Assembly (NCBI RefSeq): GCF_036321535.1
Contig: NC_087458.1
Span: forward strand, 7,936,001-8,000,000
DNA: 64,000 bases
Source of the DNA: Camelus dromedarius
Lineage: Eukaryota
Direction of reading: 5' to 3'
Position numbers and translations under genes: made by a program. Shown piece after piece: positions 32,582 through 44,935 of the stretch. The notes beneath the pieces were generated by a model. It did not search any database, had not been told where the DNA came from, and worked only from the letters and a program-made list of their open reading frames with translations. Each line of letters opens with the position of its first letter. The stretch's first letter is position 1.

Positions 32582-33299
32582 TAATTTTAACAACTTAACA
32601 AACCAAAGTGCAGAATCACGGGGATAGTATTATCCTTTTGAGTAAATTTAAATATATATACATATTGTCACAGGCATAAGTATTCATGAGAAGGAAACAG
32701 GAAACAACTAACATACTTGTTTTGAGTAAGAGGAAGTTTGGGAGGGCTCTTACTCTCCATCTTGTTCCTTTCCATAACGTTTGCATTTTCTAATGATGTG
32801 CATTAAAAAATATATTATCAACTGGTTTATCTGAACAGTGAGATATTGGGTCATTTTTCTTTATACCTCTCAACATGAAAAAGAAAAGATCTAGTGTTAT
32901 TTTAATTAATGTTGGATGTATGTAAGGGCCTAGGTGGTCCCATTCAGAATTTAAAAATGCTTTAGAGAGCACTATCATTTGACAGATCTAATGCTAGCAA
33001 CTTCACTATTCCTGGCATTTGATCTTCATACAGCCCCCATGAAGGAGGCTGACAGGAGACGAGGAAACCGAGGCCCTGAGAGCTGCCGAGTTGCCCTAGT
33101 TCATACAGCTTGATAGGAGCGGAGCCAATCTTAAGGCCTGAGACTCCTGAGTGACTGCTGCAAGACATCCCTTAACCTCAGTCATTCTAGATGTGAAGGT
33201 CTGGGAGGAGATCCCAGAAGCCAGCCCCCTAGATCTTGTCCTTCTTTCCCTCCAAATCCTGGAGAAGCTGGTGTCCCTTCCGCAGTGAGCCTTTCACAG

Positions 33300-33950
33300 T
33301 GTGCTCTGGGAGCGCCGTTCAAGGTAGTGAGGTAGAGCGTCTGCTGCCTCAGGCCCTGGCTCCAAAGACTTGCCCAGCCAGCCCCAGCCTAGACGTGGGC
33401 GATGTCAAGCCCCCAGCAGTCTTCAGCACCCACCCGCTCCGAGCTTCCGATGCAGGGAGACCTCAGACGAGGCAACTGTGCCATGCCAGGAGAAAAGGAA
33501 GGCCCTTCCCGCTCCCGCCTCCCGGACGAGCCCAGAGCTGCCAACACCGCCGGGACGCGCAGCCCTCACCTTCGCTTTCCGCTGAGACCGGGTTGCCTCC
33601 GCCTGTTTCCTCGGCACATGGGACCTGAGCCCCGAGCCCCGCCTCTCCCTATCCCTCGGCTTGCTGGGAAATGTAGTCTAGTCGTACAGTGGACGCTCAA
33701 CAACGAATTTAGCCTCTTTGCATGCTGGGAGTTGTAGTCCGTTGCTACAGAGCAAGTGAGGGACAGGAAATTTGGTCGGGTAGGAAATCAAGGAAGCGTA
33801 AGAGCACCGTGAAGCACGTCGGGAGTTGAAGGCAAAGCCGGATAGGCTGCCGCGCGTGGCACATTCCTGCACATGCTCTGCGAGGAGGCCGCTGGGAATT
33901 GTAGTTACGAGAGACAGTGGCTCCATTTTCTAGGTGATCGCCGCTCCCTA
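33300..33950 (-). promoter_or_regulatory. MRPL24 CpG-island promoter with three ZNF143/THAP11-type ACTACANNTCCCAGC motifs (33663..33677, 33721..33738, 33891..33905)
   Basis: Plus strand gctgggaaatgtagt, catgctgggagttgtagt, gctgggaattgtagt. Confidence 0.8.
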
Positions 33951-34609
33951 TTCAAAGCTGTGGGCCTTCCTTTCTGGTCAAGGTTATAGCCAGTATTCTT
34001 CCTGCCTGCCCTTCTCTGCTGGAGGGGGCCAAGGCAGATAAAAGAATGTCACAGGCTTTCTAAAGAGATGAAGCATGGGCCCTTCCAATGCCAGTCGAAG
34101 GTCTAGTCACAAAATGTCAGCCTGGAAGAATCTGAGAGGATCTAATCCGTCCATTCCACTTAACTCAGGAGTACTGGGAGGATTCCACATTATCAACCTC
34201 CCCACCAGTTACCCGTGGCAGGTATCCCTAGCTTTGCCCTTGAGGGTCAAAGCTGTTTCTACAACCAGCCCCAGCAGCCTCACTTCCATGGCCATCTAGG
34301 GCTGTGGCTGATACTGGCAATCTCTCATACCCTAGTTCTTGATCAAACTTAAAAAAAACTTCCCAGGTGCTTATGGGGGAATTGTGTTAAACAGTGGCTG
34401 GGCAGAAGTAGAATGAATGGTACAGTTTATTCTGTGACTTTGCCCTCATGTAGAATTTTAGTTATTTCTAACAGCCTGAGAATGGAAGAGAAGACTGGCA
34501 CCCCTTACCTCAATCTGAGAAGTGGACTTGGAAATCATTTGCATTCCCTTTCCCCACTCCCCTCTTCAGTTTACCAATATACCCCCAAAGAATCAGTCAA
34601 GATCCAATG

Positions 34610-35867
34610 TAGTAATCAATGGGTTTTATTTTCCTAGAACTGAAATCATCTACGGTTCTCAGAGCTAAACTTTCAAAGCTACAGTCAGCAATTTTTCTTC
34701 AGAGCCCAAGGGGAGGGGCAAGGGCGAGAGAGACAAGAGACGGAGGAGAGGCATGGAGACCACTAGAAATAGGTTGGGAGAGGGCACTTACTTCCCTCTG
34801 GCCTCTCAGTGGGTTACAAATCTGATCTGGTGACAACACTGAGGGGACCAGGTGGGGGTATGTGGATGCAAAATGACACCAGAAGGAACACCAAAGCCCC
34901 AACTACAAAAAGAAAAGTCATCAAGCCCCAAACAGAAGGGGAGCCTCCCAGTGCACCTCAGAAATGGGGGCAACAGTGGGGGAGAAAGGAGCAGAGTGGG
35001 GGGGGGGGGCGGGCACACAAAGGGATGGTGGGGGTCTTTAAAATTTTTTTTTTTGTAATTTTATTTTATTAAAAACATTTTCTAAAAAAATGTGTCTTTT
35101 CCTTTATGTCTGGGTGATGTTATGTGACTATAGGCTGGCCTTGAGCACTGTGGGGAGAGGGAAAAGGGCAGCTAAGGGTCTCCCCAGGGCATCCCATCCC
35201 TGGCTTAAGACCTAGAGGGGGATGGGTACTCCTCAACATTCCTACCTAAGCTGGGTGAAAACAACTCTTCAGATCTCAGGTCCTTGGCCCAAAGAACTTG
35301 GAAGCCCCAAATATTCTGGTGATAAAAGGTAACTCCCCTAACACCTGGGGTTGGCAAAAGAATGGGCATTGCCAATCATCAAGGATTTATGGAAGGGAGC
35401 TCCTCCCCTACAAGCTGTCCCACTTTCCCTGAATCTAGGCAGCTGGGATAGTAGGTGTGGGAGGAAGGGACAGGAACTCAAGAAGATGCCATCCTCCTGC
35501 CCACCCCCTCCCAATTTGAATATTGCCCCTCCCAGACCCCAGAAGCCCACCCTGCTGCTAATTCTCCATCCCGTCCACTCCTAGCCCTGATCCCAACCAA
35601 CCCAGAGGTCTAGAATGCCTGGGAGAGCAGGTGAGGGGTGTCAGGTATGGAAATAGCCGGGCCAGGCCCCAACAAATACCCTGGGGAACAGCTCCAGGCA
35701 GGGAGGGACACAATGGCCTCATCTCATCCCACAGAGCAGAAGACATGGACCTGACTCAGGTCACAGGGGTGTGGGGACATGGTGGTGAGGGCCAAATAGC
35801 CTGCCTCATCCAGGTCAATCTCCAAGGGCTGAGCTCAGAAGGGGCAGAGTGAGTGGAAGAGGAGAGT
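34610..35867 (-). other. HDGF: HDGF 3' UTR with two AATAAA signals (35065..35070 proximal, 34625..34630 distal)
   Basis: Colinear with the human HDGF 3' UTR as I recall it (e.g. ...GTTTTTAATAAAA...TTACAAAAAAAA... and ...CTAGGAAAATAAAACCC...). Confidence 0.85.
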
Positions 35868-36178
35868 NNNNNNNNNNNNNNNNNNNNNNNNNNNNNNNNN
35901 NNNNNNNNNNNNNNNNNNNNNNNNNNNNNNNNNNNNNNNNNNNNNNNNNNNNNNNNNNNNNNNNNNNNNNNNNNNNNNNNNNNNNNNNNNNNNNNNNNNN
36001 NNNNNNNNNNNNNNNNNNNNNNNNNNNNNNNNNNNNNNNNNNNNNNNCAGTGCAGGTCTCCTGGGAGAGCCCACCCTGCTTCCCGAGAGGCTGACTGCTA
36101 CAGGCCCTCCTCCTCCTCCTCTCAGCAGGTGGCTGGGCCCTCCCAGCCCGACTGCCACAGGGCAGGGGGCGCACTCAC

Positions 36179-37923
36179 CTCTCGTGATCTCTGATGCCCG
36201 GGGCCTCAGCATCTTCCTTGGCAGCCTCTTCCTCTTCTTCCTCCTCTTCCTCCTCCTGAGGAGGCCCCCGGCCAGAGCCAGGCTCAGAGGGGGTGCTGTT
36301 CTCTGCCTCCACAGGAAGGGGCCTCTCACCCTCCAAGGTGGCCACTTCCTTCTCCTCCCCTTCTGGGTCTTCTGCCTCCTTGGGACGTTTGGGGGAGTCC
36401 TAGGCAGGATTGGCAGAGACGAGGTGGGCTGAGACTGGAGAGGGAGGACACCAGCCACCCACCCGGGCCTCCCCCTCCTTTCCCCAAGGCTCCTTCCTGG
36501 GCAGACCCACAACCCCTCTCCAGCCCTCTGGTGGCTGAGATATCTCCCGTGTCCCATCTTCTTAGCAAGGGACACCCCATGACTAGGGGCTGAGTCTCTC
36601 AAACTGGGCACTCCCTGAAGAAGTAGTAATCTCTCTCCTCAGACTGGGAGCCTTGGTCCTGGGCCCCAGGTAGGGGACAGTTACCTCCAGCAGGTCCCCC
36701 GCTCTCCTCTTCAGCGCCCCCTTCTCGTTCTTCTCCTTGGTCGGCTCATCGATGACCAGCTTCCCTTCCTCATCACTGCTACCCTCAGCATTCCCCTTCT
36801 TGTCGCCATCACCCTCGGTGGCTTCGGGCTCCGGCTCAGGCTCTTCCACACAGCTCTTTTTCTGGGAGGACTGCGGCGGAGACAGCAGAGACTGAGTGGC
36901 ACCAGCGGCTGCCATGCTGGGCCCCCTCCCAAGGCCCCTCCCTCGGCCACTCACTCCTTCCTTCTCNNNNNNNNNNNNNNNNNNNNNNNNNNNNNNNNNN
37001 NNNNNNNNNNNNNNNNNNNNNNNNNNNNNNNNNNNNNNNNNNNNNNNNNNNNNNNNNNNNNNNNNNNNNNNNNNNNNNNNNNNNNNNNNNNNNNNNNNNN
37101 NNNNNNNNNNNNNNNNNNNNNNNNNNNNNNNNNNNNNNNNNNNNNNNNNNNNNNNNNNNNNNNNNNNNNNNNNNNNNNNNNNNNNNNNNNNNNNGCTCAC
37201 GAGCACCTCCTCCTGGAAGCCTTTGTGGAAAGAGTTAAGGCCACGTCCTACACTCACGCTGGGCCCACCAAAGGCCAGTCAGTCCTCACTTACCGCCTCC
37301 ATCCTGTTCTTGCCCCCCCAGGCGCTGTCTAGTGAGTTGCCCCTCACCACAGCTACACCACACACCCACACTACACTCCTCCCCTCTTGCAGGAGGCCTC
37401 CCCCACCCCCCACCCAACGAGCTCCTACTCTGAAAGCCCTGGTGTTTGGTTCTGAGCCAGCCCCCCAGTCCTAAAGGCTAAGCATTGAGTGTGGGCCCGG
37501 GGCTCCCGGAGCCTATGGCCACACCTGCTTTCCAGGGGGTCTTTGGGGCAGATGGCAGCNNNNNNNNNNNNNNNNNNNNNNNNNNNNNNNNNNNNNNNNN
37601 NNNNNNNNNNNNNNNNNNNNNNNNNNNNNNNNNNNNNNNNNNNNNNNNNNNNNNNNNNNNNNNNNNNNNNNNNNNNNNNNNNNNNNNNNNNNNNNNNNNN
37701 NNNNNNNNNNNNNNNGGAGACTGTCCTCTCGAGCCCCTCCCTGCCTCTGAGCTGCGTAGCCCGACAGGGAGGGGTTACCATCACCACCACTCTTTCCCCC
37801 AAAGTGGTCCACCCGTGGCCCTCCCTGCCTCTGCCCCCTCACTCACGTCTCGTGGGTCCCGAAAAAAAAGACTTGGTATTTGTTTGCTGTTGATTTCACG
37901 GCAGCCTCGGGCATCTCATCAAT
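36179..37923 (-). CDS. HDGF: Hepatoma-derived growth factor, visible coding exons: exon 2 37847..37923, exon 4 36685..36870, exon 5 36179..36399
   Basis: Exon 2 IDEMPEAAVKSTANKYQVFFFGTHET (PWWP/HATH domain); exon 4 SSQKKSCVEEPEPEPEATEGDGDKKGNAEGSSDEEGKLVIDEPTKEKNEKGALKRRAGDLLE; exon 5 DSPKRPKEAEDPEGEEKE...APGIRDHES; all flanked by AG/GT. Confidence 0.96.
37560..37715 (-). other. HDGF: N gap inferred to contain HDGF exon 3 (~139 nt)
   Basis: 156-N gap between exons 2 and 4; phases require a 139-type exon; the minus-strand flank ends in a pyrimidine tract. Inferred only. Confidence 0.75.
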
Positions 37924-40900
37924 CTGAGAGCAAGAGGAGGAAAGTGAGCGTGAGCTGGAATCCTAAAGTCAAGATTTGGGGCAAGGGGTGGGGGGCTGAC
38001 CTCTAAGGCACTTTTGTTAAAAGTCAACCTGAGAGGGACCCAGGAGTTCACCAAGGTGATTTCTGAATCATTTTTAGCAGTGGAATTTTGTTCCAAAGAA
38101 GTCAGACATAAAAAAGCCCAGCAGAAACCCCAGAGTTACCAACCCCCACCTTCCTTCACAGCTCAAGAAACAGATCCTGTCCATAAAGTTCCATGTCTTT
38201 GCCATCACCTTGGACCAACCACTGTCACTTCTTGCTTGGACTAAAGCCACAGCCTCAATCTCTCCTCTGTCTCCATTCTAGCCTTACTACAGCCCATTCT
38301 CCACATCGCAGGCAGAGGGGGCCTTTCCAAACGTTGACCGGGCATTTTGTCTCCCAGCTTGAAACCTTTTCAGAACTCTAGGGCCCACCCATTCACCTCT
38401 CCTCCATAATGTCTCCATAATGTCTGAATTCCAATGCTACCACTTGTACTTGTATGACCTTGGGCAACTTACAGAACTTGTCTCCTCATCTGTAAAACCG
38501 AGATAGTTATGGTACTGAAGCCACAGGGTTGTAAGGATTAAGTAACCATGACTTGGCATGTACATCCCGAATACATGCTTGCTGTCCTCCTCCTCTCCCA
38601 GGACACTGCCCTTCTGCTTTCTGCTCTGGCCACACTGACCTTTCAGACTCCTATACTTACTAATTCCTGACCAGCCTTCCAACCTCAGCCTCACCATCAC
38701 TTCCTCCAGAAATCTTCCTCATCTCTCCCAACCTGGTCCGTTTCCCAGATAAAACTCTCTTAGCACCTCTGCTTCATAGTGCTTTCCACAATTCCAATTT
38801 TACAGATCTTCATGTTATCATTTGATTAATGTCTATGTGGACTATGCCTGCCCTGAGATCAGAGAGGTCTGTTTTCATGCCCTAGCACACAGTAAGTACA
38901 CAACAAAGATTTGCTGAATAAATCTATGAAACAGACAAAAGCAGACTGCTCTGGTTAAAGAGGAAGGGTAAGGCCAAGGGGCTGCCTATTCAATATCCCT
39001 CCATCAGCAGCAGCAGCTTCAGAAAAGCCTTCTGGGGAACACTTTGAAAGTCATGCGATGTAATCAGTCTCATTTTACAGACAAGGAAACTGAGGCCCAG
39101 AAAAGAAAAGTGATTTGCCCAAATTAACAGGGCAAAAGGGCAAATTGGTGAGGGCTAGATGTTAGAATAAGATCTCCTGACTTGATCCTCTGCCCCACAT
39201 GTCCTGAGGGCCATGAGGGGTGCTGTGGTGAAGAAGGTACAGATATCTGAGGTCAGAGAAATGGTGAAAGGCAGTGGTCCAGACAGCCTCTCCCAGATCA
39301 GGCCGTGAAGCCCAGGCCAAGCTGGGCTGGGGAAGCTGGGGAGGACTACAACTCCCAGCAACACTTGCAGCAGCCCCAGCGGCCTGGGCCTGGCTTCCCG
39401 CCGGACAGAGGCCAGGTGGCCATGTTGACTGGGGCCCCAGGCGCAGATAGGAAAGAGACAGACAGGCCAAGGCAGTGATTAACAGAGACTAGTAGAGAGT
39501 GCCTGACTGGGGGCCTGGGGAGACAGGGAGGCTGGGTGGTTGGAAATAAGCTGAGACACACCCAAGAGAGGGGGTGGAACCCTGGGCAAGCAAGCGTCTG
39601 AGGGGCATCTTGCTCCAGACATGGAGTCTTCAGGCTCCTGAGCCCCTCCCCCCTTGCCCTGTGGCCTCTGGGGACAGAGGTCCAGCCCCTCCCCCCAGGA
39701 AGGCCCAGCACAAACTGGGCCCTCCCCACGACCTGGAGACGCTAGGGTGTGAGAACAGGGGGTGGAAAGGCATGTTGTCCCCCACCCCAGCTCGATCCCC
39801 ATCACCATGACAACCCAACCCCGCCCCCAGGGCCACTCAGCTACCAGGAATGTGACTGCCCCTCCCCCCAGGCCCTCTCTCCAGATTGGGGAGGAGGGGA
39901 CACTAACACACACCCCACCCCCAAGCCTGGAGTCTGGCACCTGAGTCCCTGGCTGTGCCTGAAACCACAGCTAGGGCTGAGGGCCGGGCCCTTCTCAGGA
40001 AGCCAGAGCTGGGGTGTGGGCTGGGGAGGAGCCAGTCCTCAGCCAGGACACCTGGGTTCTGTTGCCAGCTAGCTCCCCACTCTCAGAAGGGGAAGCAAAA
40101 AGCAAAATGAGAGCCTCCTGGGCTTAGAGATCCCAGGAGACAGGCATAGGACAATAATAGCAAAAGCCCTTTCCTCAGCCTCTTCTCAGCAGATCTTTGT
40201 GCACCAGGGCTGCGGCTGGGGGCTGGGGAGGTGGAGATCTAAGGGTCCTCGCTGGAAACTTCTTTGGGCTCTGCATTTTCAGTGCCCACACCTGAGCCAG
40301 GACATTAACAGGCTCGCAGGAAACATGAGATGAAAGGGGAAAAACTGAGGCTCAGGAAAGGAGGTAGGGTAAGTGAAGAAAGAGAAGATACGAGGTTCTC
40401 TAAGCTCAGACAAGGCCAAGTAGCACCTTGACCATCAGTCTCTTTCCCGTGGGAAGCAAACTCAGAGAGGTAGCTGAACGTTGTGACAGGGGATCCAGGA
40501 GGCCACCAGCTGCCCAGCCTCAGGGGCGGGGGAGAAACAAAAGAATGGATAGGAATTAAAAATAGACAGAACGAGACACACCAGATATACCCGCCCTGCT
40601 GACTTCCAGCCAAATAAAGGGTTGGTCTAGATGAAAGAGGGAGGCCACGGGCCTGAGTAGGCAGATGGGCATCTCCCCGCGTGAGTGCAGGTACCTGTGG
40701 AGGAAGGGCCAGAAGTATGCTCTTTTCACTTAATGGAATCTCCAACCCCTTACCCCCAAAATGGGAGAAATCCCTTCTGTAGTGGACTCTTCATCCTTCA
40801 AGCTACAAAGGAAATGTCTTTTCTTGCATTTGGAAGTGAAGGGCGGTTCTTCGTCAATGCAAAGGACATGAGGTCTCAGGGGAGGCCTGTACCCCCAATA

Positions 40901-41238
40901 CAGACATGTGTCTCCCAGGCGGTGCCTTTATATCCAGGCTGTGACTCAGAACAAGTGAGTCAAGCCTAAGTGGGTCAGGGTGGGGCCAGATGAATGCTGG
41001 GGACCCCACTGTACCTCCTCCACTGGCCAGCGGGGGAGGGGGCTCTGCTACTTCTCAGCCATTTCAGGAATCCTGGAGAGTTATCTCTCCCCAGCTAGGG
41101 TTCATCCGCTCCCTCCCCTGCCCTTCTGCATTTGCCTGGTTCTATCAGACAGGCCTGAGCACTGGAAGTCTCGTCCTCCCAGAGCCCACAGACACCCTCG
41201 AAGGTCTGAAGAGGAATCCGAAGTTCCCAAGTGAGGAG

Positions 41239-41288
41239 TGGGGGAGAGGGGACTGAACACCTGGGGGTGTTCAGTCCCCTCTCCCCCA
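41239..41288. repeat. Perfect 23-bp inverted repeat with 4-nt spacer
   Basis: tgggggagaggggactgaacacc-tggg-ggtgttcagtcccctctccccca. Confidence 0.92.
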
Positions 41289-44048
41289 GCCTCAGACCAA
41301 ATACAGGCCTGGGGCGCCTACTCAGCACGTAGAAAGGCAGCAGAGAAGGCTAAGCCCACANNNNNNNNNNNNNNNNNNNNNNNNNNNNNNNNNNNNNNNN
41401 NNNNNNNNNNNNNNNNNNNNNNNNNNNNNNNNNNNNNNNNNNNNNNNNNNNNNNNNNNNNNNNNNNNNNNNNNNNNNNNNNNNNNNNNNNNNNNNNNNNN
41501 NNNNNNNNGGGGGAGGGGCAGAGGGCGGAAAGATGGGTGAGGCCCTCTGGCTGCTCAGGTTTTCTGGGACTGTGAAATAGGAAGTGGAGAAAGGAGGAAG
41601 GAACCTAAGGGGAAAATCCCTGAGTCTTGGAGGTTAACTGTTAAGTGCTTGGAGATCCCCCAGGAAGTCAGGGAGGAGGAAGAGGAAAGGAGAAGGTTAA
41701 GATGGAATCACACCATCCTTCCAGGCAGGTCTTGCCTACCACGTGGCCTCTCTGGCTGGACTCTTTAAGCACTGGGCTGTTCTAGTCTCACCCGGGGTCA
41801 GCCGTCCTCCCCAGAAGCAGGGGTTGAGGAAGGAAAATCCACACAGTAGCCTTCACCATGGCTGAGGACTCTGGTTGCCTATTAGTCAGCAAGGCCCCCC
41901 TACTCCTTCCTCCTCCATCTCAGGAGGGGCCACCCCACAGACTAAGATAGCATCCAAGGATGGTGAGGAGACTTAGATTTGTCTGTTCTTGTGGCTTTCA
42001 AGTAGAATGTATTTGGGAGATAACAGCCCTGGGTGTACCACTCCCTGCAATTGTCACAACCTAGAGCCAGAGCACAGGCAAAGGGTGGGGTCCTATCTCT
42101 TTGGGATCCAGTCTGATCTCCCTCCCCCAGCCCTAACTTTATCTAGAGCGTAAGGCCTCAACAGAGCAAGAGACTGCCTCCCTGTCGCACTCTTCTGTCC
42201 TGCAGGCCCAGAATGAAAAGAAGAAATGGATGGCATCCCCAGTCCCAGGCGCTGCCCCCACTCCAAAGGCCACAGGAAACCTGAAGGTCTTCCTCACAGG
42301 GGCCAATGTGGGTCCCTATGTGTTCCCCCTACCAAGTCTCTCTTCCCTGCAACCTGAAAGAGGTCCCGGCAACCCACATTCCAGCTGAGCCCCCTCCCTA
42401 GCCTCTGAACTTTGTCCCACCCCCAGGAGGTAGGAGCAGTAGAGACCTGGGTTCAGTTCTTGCCCTGCCCACCAGGCCCTTGGCATTTGGGTCAAGAAGC
42501 CAGATGGATCAAAGGTGCTGGGTAAAGTACACGAGTGTTCACACACCACACACATACATGCACACACAAGGCAGTCTGTGGCTGCTTCCTCACACTAACC
42601 CCTGCTCGCAGTCCCCTAGAAGGCCCTGGAAGCTGAGAGAGCCCTGCTTCTCGCTGTACTTCACTCCCATTCCAGAGGCCAGACATCTATAAATTCGAGG
42701 GAACAAGGGGCTTCCAGCATATGGGATTAGGCACATTCCTCAGGAGAGGGTACAGAGTGAGGAAGGGTCTCCTGGATTTTCTCGGAGTGGCCCCAAAGCT
42801 GGTCTGGGCACTCTGAACAGGACCCAGGCGAGCCTGGGACAACTTCCTAAGCGCAGAGCAGAATGAAGAGACACAGGCTCACGCGGAGAATAGAAACCCA
42901 CAGCCATAAGGCAGTTCTGCACTTGGCCCCCTCAGCCAGAAGACTCCCTCCCTCTACTCCTCTCTATCCCTGGATTTCTTTCACTCTGCAGGACTCCTGT
43001 ACTCTAGGGCTAATACCAAAGGCCTCTCTCTACACCAACTCCAAAATAAGCTGCCAGAGGCACAGCCCGCTGTGTCTTCCCCCAACCTTCTTCAGCACCC
43101 TCCCTTACTAACACCTCACTCCACCTGTCTCAGTTCTTAGGGGAAACATGATGAATGCGCCAGTCTGGGCTTTTGCGCCCCACCCTCCCACCTGGCCAGG
43201 TGCTGGGGTGGGGGGGCACCTCATATTGGCGGGCTGAATCAACCACATGGCAGACTGGGCCGTTCTGGCGGGAGAGTCTCAAAAATGGAGAGAAGAAAGT
43301 CGGATTGCCCCCACCTCTACCAAGAAGCAGTCTGGGCTGGATTTACCAATCCCACAAGGGCTCTGCCACCTTCGGCCCCAAATTTGATTTGGCAGCCTAT
43401 GGAGGAATTATTTTTGTGGGGCTAAGGAGTGAAGAGTACTAGCGGGTAATTTCCAAGCCAGATAGACCCCCTCTTCTGCCACCACCCCCCCGACCATTCC
43501 TCGACCCTCCCAACTTTAGATCTCTTACGGATGCCCCAAACCAAAGTTTTCTAGACGCAAACTCCGCCTCCATCTATCTGTCTCTTTCTGGGATGAGATC
43601 CTTCTCAACCGTTTAGTCCAAGAGAAGAGTTTGAACTGGGGGCACCAATCAGTGAAGAAACTGGGGGTCTCTAAGGGGGTCCCTGAGGGGGGTGGCGGTG
43701 GCGCCTGGGAGGAGTTACATGACTGGCCCAAACCCAGGCAGCGCGCCCGAAACCGCTGGGAGTATGGGGGCTGAGGGCGGAACCGAGCACGCGGAGCCAG
43801 GGGCCGGGAAGTGACCGGCGCCCTCGGATCCCCACACCGCGCACCCGCCACTACGCGCGGACGCCTTCTGGCCAGGTGTTCGCCGCCGCGCCACCCCCCC
43901 CCCCGCCGCCTCCACCATTATATAACCGGGGGGGTGGGCTTGGAGGAGCTCAGCAAAGAGTGGGGGACTCCGACGCCCCTCGCCTCCACCCCCTCCACGC
44001 GGAGCGCTCGTGCCCTCCCGGGTGTTATGCAACCCAAGCCTGAAGGGG

Positions 44049-44504
44049 NNNNNNNNNNNNNNNNNNNNNNNNNNNNNNNNNNNNNNNNNNNNNNNNNNNN
44101 NNNNNNNNNNNNNNNNNNNNNNNNNNNNNNNNNNNNNNNNNNNNNNNNNNNNNNNNNNNNNNNNNNNNNNNNNNNNNNNNNNNNNNNNNNNNNNNNNNNN
44201 NNNNNNNNNNNNNNNNNNNNNNNNNNNNNNNNNNNNNNNNNNNNNNNNNNNNNNNNNNNNNNNNNNNNNNNNNNNNNNNNNNNNNNNNNNNNNNNNNNNN
44301 NNNNNNNNNNNNNNNNNNNNNNNNNNNNNNNNNNNNNNNNNNNNNNNNNNNNNNNNNNNNNNNNNNNNNNNNNNNNNNNNNNNNNNNNNNNNNNNNNNNN
44401 NNNNNNNNNNNNNNNNNNNNNNNNNNNNNNNNNNNNNNNNNNNNNNNNNNNNNNNNNNNNNNNNNNNNNNNNNNNNNNNNNNNNNNNNNNNNNNNNNNNN
44501 NNNN
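44049..44504 (-). other. HDGF: N gap inferred to contain HDGF exon 1 (5' UTR plus ~87 coding nt), inside a CpG island ~43500..45070
   Basis: No canonical N-terminus (MSRSNRQKEY...) is visible elsewhere; the 456-N gap lies at the centre of the CpG island and is the right size. Inferred only. Confidence 0.75.
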
Positions 44505-44935
44505 CCTCCCCCAACTCCGCACTCCCTCCCGTGGCGGTTTGATGCGTGCAGCTTCTTGACGCCCCGTGCCTGTCACAGCCCGACGCCCAACCTGGAGCCG
44601 CCTGGCGGCGCGCGGCGACACAGGCATGAAGAGCCGATCGCCGAGCACGCCGAGCAGGCTTTGTGTGCCCGCTGTCGGTGGGTGCCCGCCCGCCCGCCCG
44701 CCCAGCAGGAGCTGGCGCCCGGCAGGACGGAGCGGCCTGGCGCCCCTCCCCCGACCCCGCGGGGTGCTCCCAACCGCGGTTGCAGCGCAGTCAAGGGTCG
44801 TCGTCTACCCGCAGTGCCTCGCTGCCCTCCGTTGCATCTCCATCCACGAATGTGTTCTGGGCGCCCGTGGTGCTTGGCAGCGTGCTGGGTGCCGGGAAGT
44901 ACACTGAGGTTCGCCCTGGGCCTCTATGTGCTTAC

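Noticed and set aside
35835-36611. 258-aa ORF with RRKRRKKRKR
   Set aside because: Alternative frame of HDGF exon 5 (the poly-Glu codons read off-frame), extended artificially through an N gap.
36179-44504. HDGF as a truncated gene or pseudogene
   Set aside because: Visible exons are intact with correct phases; the missing exons coincide with N gaps of suitable size.
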